A stretch of DNA of 64,000 bases from Waterburya sp. (GTDB taxonomy: Bacteria; Cyanobacteriota; Cyanobacteriia; Cyanobacteriales; Xenococcaceae). Positions 1 to 11,310 of this stretch are shown one piece after another (position 1 is the first letter of the stretch; each line of letters opens with the position of its first letter). A program made the translations under genes and the position numbers. The DNA lies in NCBI GenBank assembly GCA_965217895.1, contig CBDCJV010000002.1, positions 4,416,001 to 4,480,000 on the forward strand. The letters are read 5' to 3'. The notes under the pieces were generated by a model. That model saw only the letters and a list, made by a program, of their open reading frames with translations, made no database searches and was not told where the DNA came from.

Positions 1-423
1 CATGTACTAATAGTAAGGCTGGTTTACCAGACTGTTTTTCGCCAGCACAAACATAATAAATTGAATTTCCACGCCACTGCCAGTACGTACCAGGAAATTG
101 TCCTATAAGGGGAGAAATTAAAGACATTTTCAGCTAAAATATTGTATCATTAAGTTATGTTAATTCTTTTTTATTGTACAGTTTTTTTAGAGTCTAAGTT
201 AGTTTTACAGTCGTTAATTTAGTTCCATTTTTTGATGAGAACAGTAAAATTAATTGGTCAGATAAGTAATTTATCTAGATTATAATTACTTATTACTGGG
301 CAGAAATAAGAAGCGTAGCTTAGATAAAAGCGATCGCGGTTCGCTTAATTCCTAAGTAAATCAGCAAATTTAGGAATATTCAATAATTTATAAAGTAGAT
401 AGAGATTTCAAAGGAGAAAAGTT

Positions 424-717
424 GTGTCCCTAGGAACTTCTGTAATTGATAAAAAGTCAACTTCAACAGTACGTAAACTTGCACCCCGCTATAAAGTTTT
501 ACTTCACAATGACGATTTCAACTCAATGGAGTTTGTAGTTGAGGTGCTAATGCAGACTATTGCGGGAATGACTCAGCCTCAAGCAGTAAATATTATGATG
601 GAAACTCACAACAGCGGTGTTGGTTTAGTTATTACCTGTGCTTTAGAACACGCCGAGTTTTATTGCGAAACTCTTTGTAATCATGGTTTGACAAGCACTA
701 TTGAGCCTGATGAATAA
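424..717 (+). CDS. clpS: ATP-dependent Clp protease adaptor ClpS
   Basis: YKVLLHNDDFNSMEFVV motif, 97 aa. Confidence 0.95.
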   Translation: MSLGTSVIDKKSTSTVRKLAPRYKVLLHNDDFNSMEFVVEVLMQTIAGMTQPQAVNIMMETHNSGVGLVITCALEHAEFYCETLCNHGLTSTIEPDE

Positions 718-776
718 TTAACCAACTGGGATAATGTTATGGTGATGCTTGTTGATTGTTAATGGTTGAGCCTTAA

Positions 777-1613
777 TTGTCCACCGTCATTAATTTACGC
801 AAAATAGCAAAATTCAAAGCACCAATGAGATTGTTGTTTTTCGTTGGTGTTTTGTCTATTTTATGGCTACCTATAGCAATTCCTCTATATTTATTACTAG
901 AACGCGATCGCAATTTAGCCAGCATCTTGAACTATGTTCTATTATTTATAGACTTATTGTTTCTCTGGCGATTTTGGGGCAAGTTAGTTTATCAAGAAGC
1001 TGACATTTTCAACCGCTATGGTTTAGTAAAAAGCCAAAGAAATGGTAGAGAATTATTTCAAGGTCTTGCTATTGGCTTTTGGTTTTGCCTAAGTTTGTTT
1101 ATTACTGAAGCCCTATTCGGCTGGATTGAAGTTGTTTCCCCGTCAGTAAGTTTATTCAAGATTGTTGTTGAAGGCTTGCTTAGTGCGACTGGGATTGCAT
1201 TAGTAGAAGAGTTGTTATTTCGTGGCTGGTTACTAGATGAGTTACAGCGAGACTATAGTAAAGGTATTAGCTTGTGGATTGGTGCTACAGTGTTTGCCTT
1301 AGCTCACTTCATCAAGCCGATGGAGGAAATAATTAGGACTGCGGTAACTTTTCCTGCACTAATGTTAGTAGGAATGATTTTGATCTTAGCTAAATATCGC
1401 CACGGCGATCGCCTGGGAATCTGTCTTGGTATTCATGCAGGTTTAGTCTGGGGTTACTATATTGTTGATGTCGGAGAATTAATCAACTATACAAACAAAG
1501 TTCCCGCTTGGGTTACAGGCATCGACGGCAACCCCATCGCGGGAATCATAGGATTAATTTTTTTAACTGGTTTGCTTTGGGTAGGGCAGTTATCAATAAA
1601 CAATTATCAATAA
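777..1613 (+). CDS. CPBP/Abi (CAAX-like) intramembrane protease
   Basis: EELLFRG, FALAH and HAG motifs, multiple TM segments. Confidence 0.9.
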   Translation: MSTVINLRKIAKFKAPMRLLFFVGVLSILWLPIAIPLYLLLERDRNLASILNYVLLFIDLLFLWRFWGKLVYQEADIFNRYGLVKSQRNGRELFQGLAIGFWFCLSLFITEALFGWIEVVSPSVSLFKIVVEGLLSATGIALVEELLFRGWLLDELQRDYSKGISLWIGATVFALAHFIKPMEEIIRTAVTFPALMLVGMILILAKYRHGDRLGICLGIHAGLVWGYYIVDVGELINYTNKVPAWVTGIDGNPIAGIIGLIFLTGLLWVGQLSINNYQ

Positions 1614-1815
1614 ACAGTTGTCAATATTCATAATGTTTCAATATTAATGAAACATCATGAATTAACTACTTTCTGCTTAATACCCTATCAACTTGGAATT
1701 GATGGAAGTATTCTAGGCAAGGGAGGTAGAGAGGATGGAGTAGAAACGATCCTACCCCAATTACTCCTTAAAACAATTTTAACGGACTGCTAAGTTATAG
1801 ATAATTAGCTAAAAG

Positions 1816-2427
1816 CTAAGAATTAACAGGCTCAGGAGGATTGCTAGCAGAGGGACGACGAGCAATTACCTGATCGATCAGACCATACTCTTTGCATTCT
1901 TCGGCAGACATAAAAAAGTCTCTTTCGGTGTCCTCTTCAATTTTAGATAATGGCTGTCCTGTATGATCTGCAAGGTGTCCGTTAAGTTTCTGCTTAAGAT
2001 ACAAAATTTCTCTAGCCTGAATTTCAATATCTGTTGCCTGTCCTTGCGCGCCACCCAAAGGTTGATGAATCATAATCCGAGAATTAGGCAGACTCATGCG
2101 TTTACCTTTCTGCCCTGCACTAAGCAAGAAAGCACCCATACTCGCAGCTAAACCAATACAGATGGTGCAAACATCAGGACGAATTTGATTCATGGTGTCA
2201 AACATCCCCATTCCAGCCGATACAGAGCCACCAGGAGAGTTGATATAAAGATAGATGTCTTTTTCAGGATCTTCAGCTTCTAAAAACAAGAGTTGAGCAA
2301 CAACTAAGTTTGCTATTTCATCGGTAACTTGCTGTCCCAAAAAGACGATTCTTTCTCTGAGTAAGCGAGAATAAATGTCAAAGGCGCGATCGCCACGACC
2401 TGAACTTTCAATAACGGTAGGAATCAT
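1816..2427 (-). CDS. clpP: Clp protease proteolytic subunit
   Basis: [31 protein letters not shown]; start moved to ATG 2427. Confidence 0.97.
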   Translation of the reverse strand: MIPTVIESSGRGDRAFDIYSRLLRERIVFLGQQVTDEIANLVVAQLLFLEAEDPEKDIYLYINSPGGSVSAGMGMFDTMNQIRPDVCTICIGLAASMGAFLLSAGQKGKRMSLPNSRIMIHQPLGGAQGQATDIEIQAREILYLKQKLNGHLADHTGQPLSKIEEDTERDFFMSAEECKEYGLIDQVIARRPSASNPPEPVNS

Positions 2428-2671
2428 GAAGCTATGCCCGATCAATATTTTGTTCTAATTGTAGCTATTTTAAAGGACGAAGAGTAGGTGGAAAACCTAA
2501 CCCGATTAATTCAGCCTGGTAAGCAAGTTTTATTTTTATGCTACATAAATCTTACTTTTGTATATAAAGCGATCGCGCTTTTTAAATTTCAGGCAAAAAG
2601 CGACCGACTATAGATTCATCAAAGCTCTTTATAATTGGAAATATGATTTGTATTTTTATTTTGAGCAATTA

Positions 2672-2852
2672 ATAAAATCTTTACAAGATTATACTGTCGT
2701 TATTCGTCCTGACGATAATAATACCTTTGTGGCATACATTCCTGCAATTGAAGGGTGTCATGCTTGGGGGGCAACTCCCCAAGCAGCAAAGAGTAGAATT
2801 AGATAATATTTTCACCATGATATTAGAAGAATATCAAGCAAAAAGCTTATAG
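2672..2852 (+). pseudogene. HicB-family antitoxin remnant
   Basis: YTVVIRPDDNNTFVAYIPAIEGCHAWGATP then a frameshift near 2788 continuing RVELDNIFTMILEEY; ATA at the presumed start. Confidence 0.7.
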
Positions 2853-2903
2853 CTTGAAAAAAATTGCTCTGATTTTTGATTTACACGCTTACGTAATCTA
2901 GAT

Positions 2904-4421
2904 TCAAACTTCTTCAGCTACTACAGGAAAATCAGCCGATCGCTCTGAGGGGATAGCAGCAATAATAGCATCAATTACTTTAGAGATGGGAATAATTTCT
3001 AAGCCTAGATCATCAGGAAGACTTTGACCCTTGGGAACGATCGCTTTTTTAAATCCCAGTTTGGCAGCTTCTTTTAGACGTAATTCCATCTGCGAAACCA
3101 AACGCACCTGTCCGCCTAAACCTACTTCCCCAATTAATACAGTACGAGAATCGACGATGCGATCGCGAAAACTGGCAACAATGGCGATCGCCACACCTAA
3201 ATCCGCAGCAGGTTCGCCTACACCCAAACCGCCTACCGAGGCGACATAAGCATCAAGTTTAGATAAGGGGACCCCAACTCGCTTTTCTAACACTGCTAAT
3301 ATCTGCTGGAGACGATTGTAGTCAATGCCTGTAGTCGAGCGACGAGGAGATGTATAGCTGGTGGGACTAACCAACGCCTGAATTTCGACTACCAGAGGAC
3401 GAGTTCCTTCACAGGCAACGACAATTGATGTTCCTGGAGAAGCTTCATCTCGATTGCCGAGAAACAGCTTAGAAGGGTTATCTACCTCGATCAAACCATG
3501 CTCTGCCATTTCAAAGATACCGATTTCGTGGGTAGCACCAAAACGATTTTTAACCGAACGCAATAAACGATGGGAAGCATAGCGATCGCCTTCAAAATAC
3601 AGTACTGTATCTACGAGGTGTTCTAATACCCTTGGTCCTGCGATCGCGCCTTCTTTGGTGACGTGACCTACAATTAGCAGGGTAATATTCTCTCTTTTAG
3701 CTACCTGCATCAAAGCTGAAGTACATTCCCGTACTTGTGCTACCGAACCAGGAGAAGAAGTTAAAGCTGCAAAGTGCAGGGTTTGAATACTGTCGATAAC
3801 AGCTACTTGAGGCTTTAAAGACTCTAATTCTCGCAAAATCTCTTCTAAATCTGTCTCAGGCATCACGTAGAGATTATTCTCTTTTTTAAGAGCAGATTTA
3901 CCGTTCTTACCGTTGCCATTTTGAGCTACTGTTTCTGCTTCTGCCTCATTTTCTCCCACATCCAAACGAGATGCTCGTAACTTTACCTGTTGTCCCGATT
4001 CTTCTGCCGACACATAGAGAATACGCGGCAGGTTATAAGAAAGCCTATTTGCCACCTGTAATAATAAAGTTGACTTGCCGATGCCAGGATCTCCCCCAAT
4101 CAACACCAAAGATCCAGGCACAATTCCTCCGCCTAAAACGCGATCGAGTTCTCCATAACCAGAAGGAAATCTTTGCTGTACGTCGTTATTAATTTCGGAG
4201 AACTTGCGAGAAACTCTAGGCTGGGCTGTGCTGGGTATTTTGTTACCAGAATGACTAACAGATTGCCATCCGCCTCGACTGTATCCGCCACTCCCAGAAG
4301 AAACTTCTACTGGCTCTTCAGAAATAGTGCCAAACTCGTTGCATTCTTTACATAGCCCAAACCACTGACTGTATTCAGCAGCGCATTCGTTGCAGATATA
4401 TATTTGTTTAGATTTAGCCAT
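2904..4421 (-). CDS. radA: DNA repair protein RadA/Sms
   Basis: C4 zinc finger, GGDPGIGKSTL, KNRFG motif. Confidence 0.98.
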   Translation of the reverse strand: MAKSKQIYICNECAAEYSQWFGLCKECNEFGTISEEPVEVSSGSGGYSRGGWQSVSHSGNKIPSTAQPRVSRKFSEINNDVQQRFPSGYGELDRVLGGGIVPGSLVLIGGDPGIGKSTLLLQVANRLSYNLPRILYVSAEESGQQVKLRASRLDVGENEAEAETVAQNGNGKNGKSALKKENNLYVMPETDLEEILRELESLKPQVAVIDSIQTLHFAALTSSPGSVAQVRECTSALMQVAKRENITLLIVGHVTKEGAIAGPRVLEHLVDTVLYFEGDRYASHRLLRSVKNRFGATHEIGIFEMAEHGLIEVDNPSKLFLGNRDEASPGTSIVVACEGTRPLVVEIQALVSPTSYTSPRRSTTGIDYNRLQQILAVLEKRVGVPLSKLDAYVASVGGLGVGEPAADLGVAIAIVASFRDRIVDSRTVLIGEVGLGGQVRLVSQMELRLKEAAKLGFKKAIVPKGQSLPDDLGLEIIPISKVIDAIIAAIPSERSADFPVVAEEV

Positions 4422-4682
4422 TTTCTTAAGAAAAATAAGAGATTTGAAGAAATGAAAAGATAAATTAGTAAACTTTATAAGTAATACAGCTTAGATCCTA
4501 AGAAATATTAAAACCCGCAAAGATAAATTAAATCGGAAAAAAATACGGAAATTATCCAAATTGTCACATAAATTCTCCTAAAATAGACAGTTGGCTTAAC
4601 TAAATCAACGTCAAGAAGATAATCTAGATCTTAAAGGTAAAAAAATTTAACTTAAATATCGGTAATTTAACTTAAACAAGGA

Positions 4683-5423
4683 GTGTATAGTAACTTGGAA
4701 ACTAATAAAGAAAAAATCCTAGTAGTAGATGATGAAGCCAGTATCCGCCGTATTTTAGAAACTCGTCTATCCATGATCGGCTATGACGTAGTGACTGCTG
4801 CGGATGGAGAAGAGGCATTGGAGACTTTTCGCACTGCCGAACCTAGCCTTGTGGTTCTAGACGTAATGATGCCTAAGTTAGACGGTTATGGCGTTTGCCA
4901 AGAATTACGCAAAGAATCTGACATTCCTATTATTATGTTAACGGCTTTGGGAGACGTTGCCGATCGCATTACGGGTTTAGAATTAGGTGCAGACGATTAC
5001 GTGGTTAAACCTTTTTCCCCCAAAGAACTAGAGGCTCGAATCCGTTCTGTACTCCGTAGAGTTGACAAAAACGGTGTGCCTGGAATTCCTAGTTCGGGAG
5101 TAATTCACGTTGGCTCAATCAAAATTGATACCAACAAACGTCAAGTTTATAAAGGTGATGAACGTATTCGTCTTACAGGCATGGAGTTTAGCCTATTAGA
5201 GTTACTTGTAAGTCGCTCTGGCGAACCTTTTTCCCGTTCAGAAATTTTACAAGAAGTTTGGGGTTATACACCCGAACGTCATGTAGATACCCGTGTAGTA
5301 GATGTACATATTTCTCGGTTACGTGCCAAGTTGGAAGACGATCCTAGCAATCCTGAATTAATCTTGACTGCAAGAGGAACTGGCTATTTGTTTCAACGTA
5401 TATTAGAAGCAGGAGAAGAATAA
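4683..5423 (+). CDS. rpaB: OmpR-family response regulator RpaB
   Basis: DDEASIRRILETRLSMIGY and WGYTPERHVDTRVVDVH signatures. Confidence 0.95.
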   Translation: MYSNLETNKEKILVVDDEASIRRILETRLSMIGYDVVTAADGEEALETFRTAEPSLVVLDVMMPKLDGYGVCQELRKESDIPIIMLTALGDVADRITGLELGADDYVVKPFSPKELEARIRSVLRRVDKNGVPGIPSSGVIHVGSIKIDTNKRQVYKGDERIRLTGMEFSLLELLVSRSGEPFSRSEILQEVWGYTPERHVDTRVVDVHISRLRAKLEDDPSNPELILTARGTGYLFQRILEAGEE

Positions 5424-5484
5424 AACTAAAGAATGAGGAATGAGGAAGCTGATAGCTAAAAGCTAAAAGCTAAGAGCTTTAAAA

Positions 5485-6126
5485 ATGAATAAATATGATG
5501 CCAATCGTATACTAAGATTGCTACCTTTTTTTGCAGGCGGATTAGGTGGCTTTCTACTATTGGTGAATCGTTTGTTAACGGCACAAATAACCGATTCTCA
5601 AGCACGTTCGGATGCTTTAGGGGTGATCGAAGGAGCAGTTTTGATCTTAGTCGGTTTGCTGTGGCAGCAAATTCAAGCAAGAACTCCTGACACCGTGGAT
5701 CTAATTGGCGAAACAGGTTTAGAATTTGCCCCAGAACTATCAGATGCAGCTAAAACCGAATTGGCTTGGGCTTCTCACTTATTATTAACTAATACGGTAA
5801 CGCGAGCGCTTGTTGTCTATTATGACCAGAAAACTTGGCTTAGACGCGGTGTTTTAGGTGTAAATCCAGAGGTAACACCAGGCGCGATTCTAGAGCGGGT
5901 ATTAGCTAAAGAAAAGCCTGTATATCTGGTAAATCTTAGTTTGTATCCAGGTAAAGTAGAGTTTGACTATTTGCCAGCCAATACCCAAGGGGTAATCTGT
6001 CAGCCTATTGGCAACAAAGGAGTTTTGATTTTGGGTGCAAACGCTCCTCGTAGTTACACAAAAAAGGACGAGCAGTGGATTGAAGGCATTGCTGATAAAT
6101 TAGCGGTTACTTTGGAATCTATCTAG
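5485..6126 (+). CDS. Cofactor assembly of complex C subunit B (CCB2/CCB4 family)
   Basis: Two N-terminal TMs, ELAWASHLLLTNT, usual neighbour of rpaB. Confidence 0.8.
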   Translation: MNKYDANRILRLLPFFAGGLGGFLLLVNRLLTAQITDSQARSDALGVIEGAVLILVGLLWQQIQARTPDTVDLIGETGLEFAPELSDAAKTELAWASHLLLTNTVTRALVVYYDQKTWLRRGVLGVNPEVTPGAILERVLAKEKPVYLVNLSLYPGKVEFDYLPANTQGVICQPIGNKGVLILGANAPRSYTKKDEQWIEGIADKLAVTLESI

Positions 6127-6260
6127 AATTTGTGCCAACCAACGCCTATGGCGAAGCGACTTTTCCTAAGTTGAGCCTAAGACGTGGCTGAGCTTGCTCT
6201 GTTGAGGTGGCCAACTGAATTGATGAACAAGATTGAAAATTCATCTGTTAAGATATAGCC

Positions 6261-6731
6261 TTATAAAACCTTATGAGTATGAGAATGTTGTTTGACATTA
6301 TCTTCAGTGCTTACCACATTAGAATTATTCAAGACTCTTTTTCTTTCTAAAGAATAATTAAAATCCTGTTTGATTGTTCCCAAAGCGATATGTTCTTTGG
6401 CTTCGGGACGACTTTTATAGGTACGGGTTGCTGCTGCAACTCTTTCAGCAAAGCGATCGCACAAATTGATTTTTGCTTCAGTCTGTAGCTCTTGAGGTAT
6501 TTGCACCGTATCTTCTTGAAAAATCTCCCCTAAAGTTTTGGCACAGGCTAATTGATAAGAAGTAGGAATACCTTTAATTAGTGCTTCTAAAGCAGCCGAG
6601 GGAATAGGTTCTAAAACCGTAAGCTGCTCTATTTCTCCCTCTTCTCGTACAAAACAGGTTGCCAAACCCAAAACACAATAGTCTTCAGGAGATAAATCAG
6701 ATGCCTGAGCAAATAAGGTAGAATTTGTCAT
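6261..6731 (-). CDS. Conserved cyanobacterial hypothetical protein
   Basis: 156-aa ORF, GLATCF...EPIPSA. Confidence 0.7.
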   Translation of the reverse strand: MTNSTLFAQASDLSPEDYCVLGLATCFVREEGEIEQLTVLEPIPSAALEALIKGIPTSYQLACAKTLGEIFQEDTVQIPQELQTEAKINLCDRFAERVAAATRTYKSRPEAKEHIALGTIKQDFNYSLERKRVLNNSNVVSTEDNVKQHSHTHKVL

Positions 6732-7110
6732 AATTATTAAATGTCAACTATAAAAGTACTCACTAGCAATTCTAAACTAGTAGACCTGGGCTTAAGTAAA
6801 CAAATTATTTAAATAGCCCTAAAGCCTTAAAACTTTTGACCAACGATCGCAGCGTTGCTGAAGTTAGCAGTCGATATTTAAAGAATGTAGTCTAAAATGG
6901 CAATATTTCCGCAAGTAAAACCGCCAATTGTCACAAAATCACATATTTAGTTGCAAAATCGATATTAATTTCAACATTTATCTAAGTAAATTTTGGGAAG
7001 ACATTTAGATGTTTTTTGGTCATCATTAGCTGAGTATAAAGAATTTAAGACTTCAATCTTACCAATTTACGGTTTGCATGAGACAGTTCGATTGGTGACA
7101 CATTGAACTG

Positions 7111-7884
7111 ATGCTAGTCATGAAACGGAATAGTAAGGTGGCACATAAGCAAGGTTTAATTGATGCTATGAAAATCGATTTCGATCAGTACAATTTATTT
7201 CAATCATCCCCACAAAAGTTATCTGACTCTTTTGATATAGAATTGGCATCAATCTTAGCTTCTGCTTCGTCGATATTAGAAGACTGGAATATCGAAGAAC
7301 AGTTAAGAATTTGCGTCAAAGAAAAAGCATTTCAAGGAGACTATGTAGCAGCGATTACCCTCTTGGATCGATTAATTGCTTTGTGTCCCGATAATGCCAC
7401 AGATTATAACAATCGTGGTTTAATGCACTTTCGTAACGATCAGATCATTGAGGCTCTTTGTGATTTATCCCAAGCATTAGAAATTAATCCTTATCTTGAC
7501 AGTGCTTATAATAATAGAGCTAACTGTTATGCTGCTCAAGGGGCATTAACAGAAGCGATCGCTGACTATGATATTGCTTTAGATCTAAACCCCAGTAATC
7601 TTCGCGCTTGGATTAATCAAGGCATTACTTTTAGAGAATTAAAAATGTATGATTTAGCGATCGAGAATTTTGATATCGCTCAAATTATTGGCGACACTTT
7701 GCAAGAGAGAATTTATCCCGAACGAGGTAGAGCTTATCATCTTCGAGGAGACTGGAATTGTGCTGTTGGTGACTATCAGAATGCCTTGAGAGTTTTAGAG
7801 CAGAAACCAGAACTAGCTAGACACAGAAGAAAAGTATTAGGTTGGCTAGATGAACTGCTGTCGCCTTTATTTATCAATTACTGA
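7111..7884 (+). CDS. Tetratricopeptide repeat protein
   Basis: Repeated YNNRG/AYNNRA units. Confidence 0.9.
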   Translation: MLVMKRNSKVAHKQGLIDAMKIDFDQYNLFQSSPQKLSDSFDIELASILASASSILEDWNIEEQLRICVKEKAFQGDYVAAITLLDRLIALCPDNATDYNNRGLMHFRNDQIIEALCDLSQALEINPYLDSAYNNRANCYAAQGALTEAIADYDIALDLNPSNLRAWINQGITFRELKMYDLAIENFDIAQIIGDTLQERIYPERGRAYHLRGDWNCAVGDYQNALRVLEQKPELARHRRKVLGWLDELLSPLFINY

Positions 7885-8276
7885 TCTCGATCTTTGTTTA
7901 ACCAATAGATACGGCTTTGATGGGGAGAAGTTAAAGAGCTATACTGTTCCATCAAGCTTTGGGTTCTTTGAGGATCGAAGTTGCGGTTTAGTTCCTCTTT
8001 TAATTTAGTAACTCTAGCATCTGTTTCTTGTAACTGAATATTCAACTCTTTTAGCTTTGCCCTTTGAGAAAGGTGATATGGCAAAAGCTTAAATAGAGAG
8101 GAGATCGCACCAAGAGCAATTACCCAGCTTAAAATTAACTTGAGGCTAATTTCTATAGCCATTCCTCTATGAGATTTGGAACGCTTATAAGGAGGACGAC
8201 GGACTTTCTTTGGTAGTCGCTGCTTAGATTTCATGTTTAATTGTAGCCAAGAATTAGGACTCCAGATTAACAACAC
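7878..8276 (-). CDS. Membrane-anchored coiled-coil protein (FtsB/FtsL-like architecture)
   Basis: Basic N-terminus, one TM, coiled coil; start uncertain. Confidence 0.55.
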   Translation of the reverse strand: MLLIWSPNSWLQLNMKSKQRLPKKVRRPPYKRSKSHRGMAIEISLKLILSWVIALGAISSLFKLLPYHLSQRAKLKELNIQLQETDARVTKLKEELNRNFDPQRTQSLMEQYSSLTSPHQSRIYWLNKDRDQ

Positions 8277-8346
8277 TAAGTCATTATTGCCAATCTGAAA
8301 TTCCTAATTTGTGTCATTAAACTAAAAATAGTTTTGTAAGACAGAC

Positions 8347-8442
8347 TTATTTATATAGCTCTAGAGATAAGCGTACTGCCATCACTCCAGGAATCAAAGC
8401 CACAAGCAAAGCTACAAAAATTTGGGTATCTGTAAGAGACAT
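8347..8442 (-). CDS. psaM: Photosystem I subunit XII PsaM (not in ORF track)
   Basis: Manual translation MSLTDTQIFVALLVALIPGVMAVRLSLELYK. Confidence 0.95.
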   Translation of the reverse strand: MSLTDTQIFVALLVALIPGVMAVRLSLELYK

Positions 8443-8738
8443 AGTATTCTAACTCCTTACTAATTTCGATCAAAAGGTATTCCATCCTTAATTTGCGTCA
8501 TAATTGACCCCAATAGAAACATCTTGTAATAAGTATTAACGGAATTTTTATTTTACTTAGTCATTTTATCTATTTCTATTAGGACTTACGCCAAAGAAAA
8601 TTTTGATTAAAGAAGTGCAAACAAGTTAAGGTCAGAATAGAGTCAAATTATCAATTAAATTTGTGGCTTTGGTGAATCGGGGTATGATTTGAGAATAAAG
8701 CAATCGTTTGGCTGAGTGGAGAATAAATCAATTATCAA

Positions 8739-10277
8739 TTAAATTTGATTGTAAAATTCGATTATTTTTTCAATTACTTCTTCGATAGTAAGATTATCAG
8801 TAATCAATTCGATAGCATCATCGGCTTTTTTAAGTGGTGCGATCGCTCTATTACTATCTTGTTCATCTCGCTGTTGGATATCTAAAGCTAGTTGTTCAAT
8901 ACTAATATCATCTCGTCCTTGATTTTGCAGATCTTGCCAGCGTCTTTTAGCTCTTTCTGTCACGGTGGCAGTCAAAAATATCTTTAATTCCGCATCAGGA
9001 AAGACACTCGTGCCGATATCTCTGCCTTCGGCAATCAAGCCTCCTTTTTTACCCCATTGCTGCTGCATCTCTACTAGTTTGACTCTTACCGCAGCCTGAG
9101 CAGCGATCGCTGAGACATTTGCCGTAACTTCTGGAGTACGAATAGCATTAGTTACTTCTTGTCCATCTATATGCACCACCGTAGGTAAATCAACGGCGTT
9201 GGGAGAGGTTAACTTGAGGCTAATATCTTGAATCAAATTAGCGATCGCTGGTTCGTCATTGAGGGCAATTCCAGATTGCATCACTAGCCAAGTTACCGCC
9301 CGATACATTGCCCCCGTATCCAAATAAAGCAAGCCCAGTTGATGAGCCACACGACGAGTAACGGTAGACTTTCCCGCCCCAGCAGGGCCATCTATAGCTA
9401 TAATTGGCTGACGTTTTTGCAACACGATATTATCAATTAAACGGGTAGAGCCGACATAAGCAGCGATCGCCAGTAATCCTTGCTGTTCAATCTGGTTTAA
9501 AGGTTGAAGATTTACAGGATCGACTAGGTCAACGTATTGAATTTTAACTCTTTCTACAGAACTTAATTCTTGTTCAATCAGATTTATTAAAGCTGTGGCT
9601 TTTAACTCCCTCTTATCAAAAGCTGCTTTTGCCTTTTGCAGACTACTATAAATTTGAGCAGCTTCCTTTTTCTCAACAGGCTTGAGATATTGATTACGGG
9701 AGCTTAATGCTAGTCCCGATGTCTCTCGTACAATAGGACAACCAATGATTTCTACAGGAATATGCAAATCTTGTACCAGACGACGGATAATAGCTAGCTG
9801 TTGAGCATCTTTTTGCCCAAAATAAGCTTTGTCTGGCTGGATAAGATTTAAAAGCTTGGTAACTATCGTAGCTACTCCCGTAAAGTGACCAGGGCGGTAT
9901 TTACCGCATAGCACTTGTATCATGTTCTGGTGAGGAATTACGGCGGTAGTATTATTTAAAGCCTCTGTATCTCCTCCACTATTCATTTCTTGAGGACTGG
10001 GAGCAAAAACTAGATCTACTCCTAACTCCTGGCAAATCTGAAGGTCTTGTTTTAGCTGACGGGGATAATTGGCTAAATCTTCGTTGGGTGCAAACTGCAA
10101 AGGATTAACAAAGATACTAACAACAACTATATCGTTATCGGCGATCGCTCGTTTAATTAAGCTTAAATGACCCCGATGTAAAGCCCCCATTGTAGGAACT
10201 AGACCAATTTGATGCTGATGCTGATGAATTGCTATTTGAGAACGTAATTCATTAATTGTCTTACACAAAAGCACCAT
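8739..10277 (-). CDS. panC: Bifunctional pantoate-beta-alanine ligase / cytidylate kinase
   Basis: VPTMGALHRGH, FGQKD, then IAIDGPAGAGKST Cmk domain. Confidence 0.97.
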   Translation of the reverse strand: MVLLCKTINELRSQIAIHQHQHQIGLVPTMGALHRGHLSLIKRAIADNDIVVVSIFVNPLQFAPNEDLANYPRQLKQDLQICQELGVDLVFAPSPQEMNSGGDTEALNNTTAVIPHQNMIQVLCGKYRPGHFTGVATIVTKLLNLIQPDKAYFGQKDAQQLAIIRRLVQDLHIPVEIIGCPIVRETSGLALSSRNQYLKPVEKKEAAQIYSSLQKAKAAFDKRELKATALINLIEQELSSVERVKIQYVDLVDPVNLQPLNQIEQQGLLAIAAYVGSTRLIDNIVLQKRQPIIAIDGPAGAGKSTVTRRVAHQLGLLYLDTGAMYRAVTWLVMQSGIALNDEPAIANLIQDISLKLTSPNAVDLPTVVHIDGQEVTNAIRTPEVTANVSAIAAQAAVRVKLVEMQQQWGKKGGLIAEGRDIGTSVFPDAELKIFLTATVTERAKRRWQDLQNQGRDDISIEQLALDIQQRDEQDSNRAIAPLKKADDAIELITDNLTIEEVIEKIIEFYNQI

Positions 10278-10375
10278 AATTGGTCAGTATCTTGAAATAT
10301 TCAGGTTAAAGTTCTTTGTTTTCTCATTTTAGATGAGCTTGCCAACTAGAGACTGAATATTAGCTGTAAAACATT

Positions 10376-10960
10376 TTACTGTCCCAAAACAGTAACCTCA
10401 ACTGGAGCAACACCAGAACCAATCATATCTAAAGATTGCGCTGCTGCTGCCGATAGATCGATCACTCTACCTTCAGCATAAGGACCGCGATCGTTTATGG
10501 TTACAACTACAGAGCGGTCATTGTTTAGGTTGGTCACTTTAACTCTAGTACCAAAGGCAAGAGTTGGATGGGCTGCTGTCAAAGCATTTTGATCGTATGT
10601 TTCTCCATTTGCGGTCATATTACCATCAAACCCTGGTCCGTACCACGAAGCATTACCGCTAAAGGCGTTAGCAATTATAGTTGACTTAGGTGCGACTGCA
10701 TCTTTCTTTAGCGCAGAAGCTTGAGGATATCCAGATTGTATATTAGCTGCCATGTTTGTTTTTGAAAAACTACTGGCATTAGCAAAATTAAATTTTACTC
10801 GCTTATTTTTGGCAGTTGTTACTGTAGGTAGTTTACGTCGCACTGTTGGTGTATGTAGTTCAGATTTGGCTACTGTAGGAAACAAGACAATCATTGTTGA
10901 GGCTGTTGCCAAGGTTATGGTGGAAGAAAGCTTGTAAAATATTTGTCGGTTTAAAATCAT
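10376..10960 (-). CDS. rlpA: RlpA-family lytic transglycosylase
   Basis: ASWYG, TAAHPTL, INDRGP, IDLS. Confidence 0.9.
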   Translation of the reverse strand: MILNRQIFYKLSSTITLATASTMIVLFPTVAKSELHTPTVRRKLPTVTTAKNKRVKFNFANASSFSKTNMAANIQSGYPQASALKKDAVAPKSTIIANAFSGNASWYGPGFDGNMTANGETYDQNALTAAHPTLAFGTRVKVTNLNNDRSVVVTINDRGPYAEGRVIDLSAAAAQSLDMIGSGVAPVEVTVLGQ

Positions 10961-11200
10961 TGTGATTCAGCTAGATAGAGTTTAGATGTTCAATGTAAAA
11001 ACTCGGCAGTATAGAAAGTTTTGATTTAGAGAGATTAGATTTAAAACAAACTTGAGTATTCTATAAGCAAATAAGTTAAAGACTCGGTAAAATAGGACTC
11101 ATATTTACGTTTGATTCAAACATACTGGTGATATAGTTGTTGTCGTTAGACTATCAGCAGATTATGCGATCGCGGTTAAGATCAAATTGAGCTAGGAAGC

Positions 11201-11250
11201 CCGCGTCGCCGTTAGGCGCAAGGGCAACAGATGCGGCTAAAGCCTTTCTT
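11201..11250. repeat. Nested small dispersed repeat
   Basis: CCGCGTCGCCGTTAGGCGCAAG followed by ATGCGGCTAAAGCCTTT; related to 25448-25490. Confidence 0.7.
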
Positions 11251-11310
11251 GCTTGAGTTCATATTGTTCATCCTAAACCTAAAGCTACTTTTATCTAGAC
11301 AATAATACTT

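Noticed and set aside
2558..2671. N-terminal part of the 82-aa ORF
   Set aside because: No HicB resemblance; likely non-coding read-through
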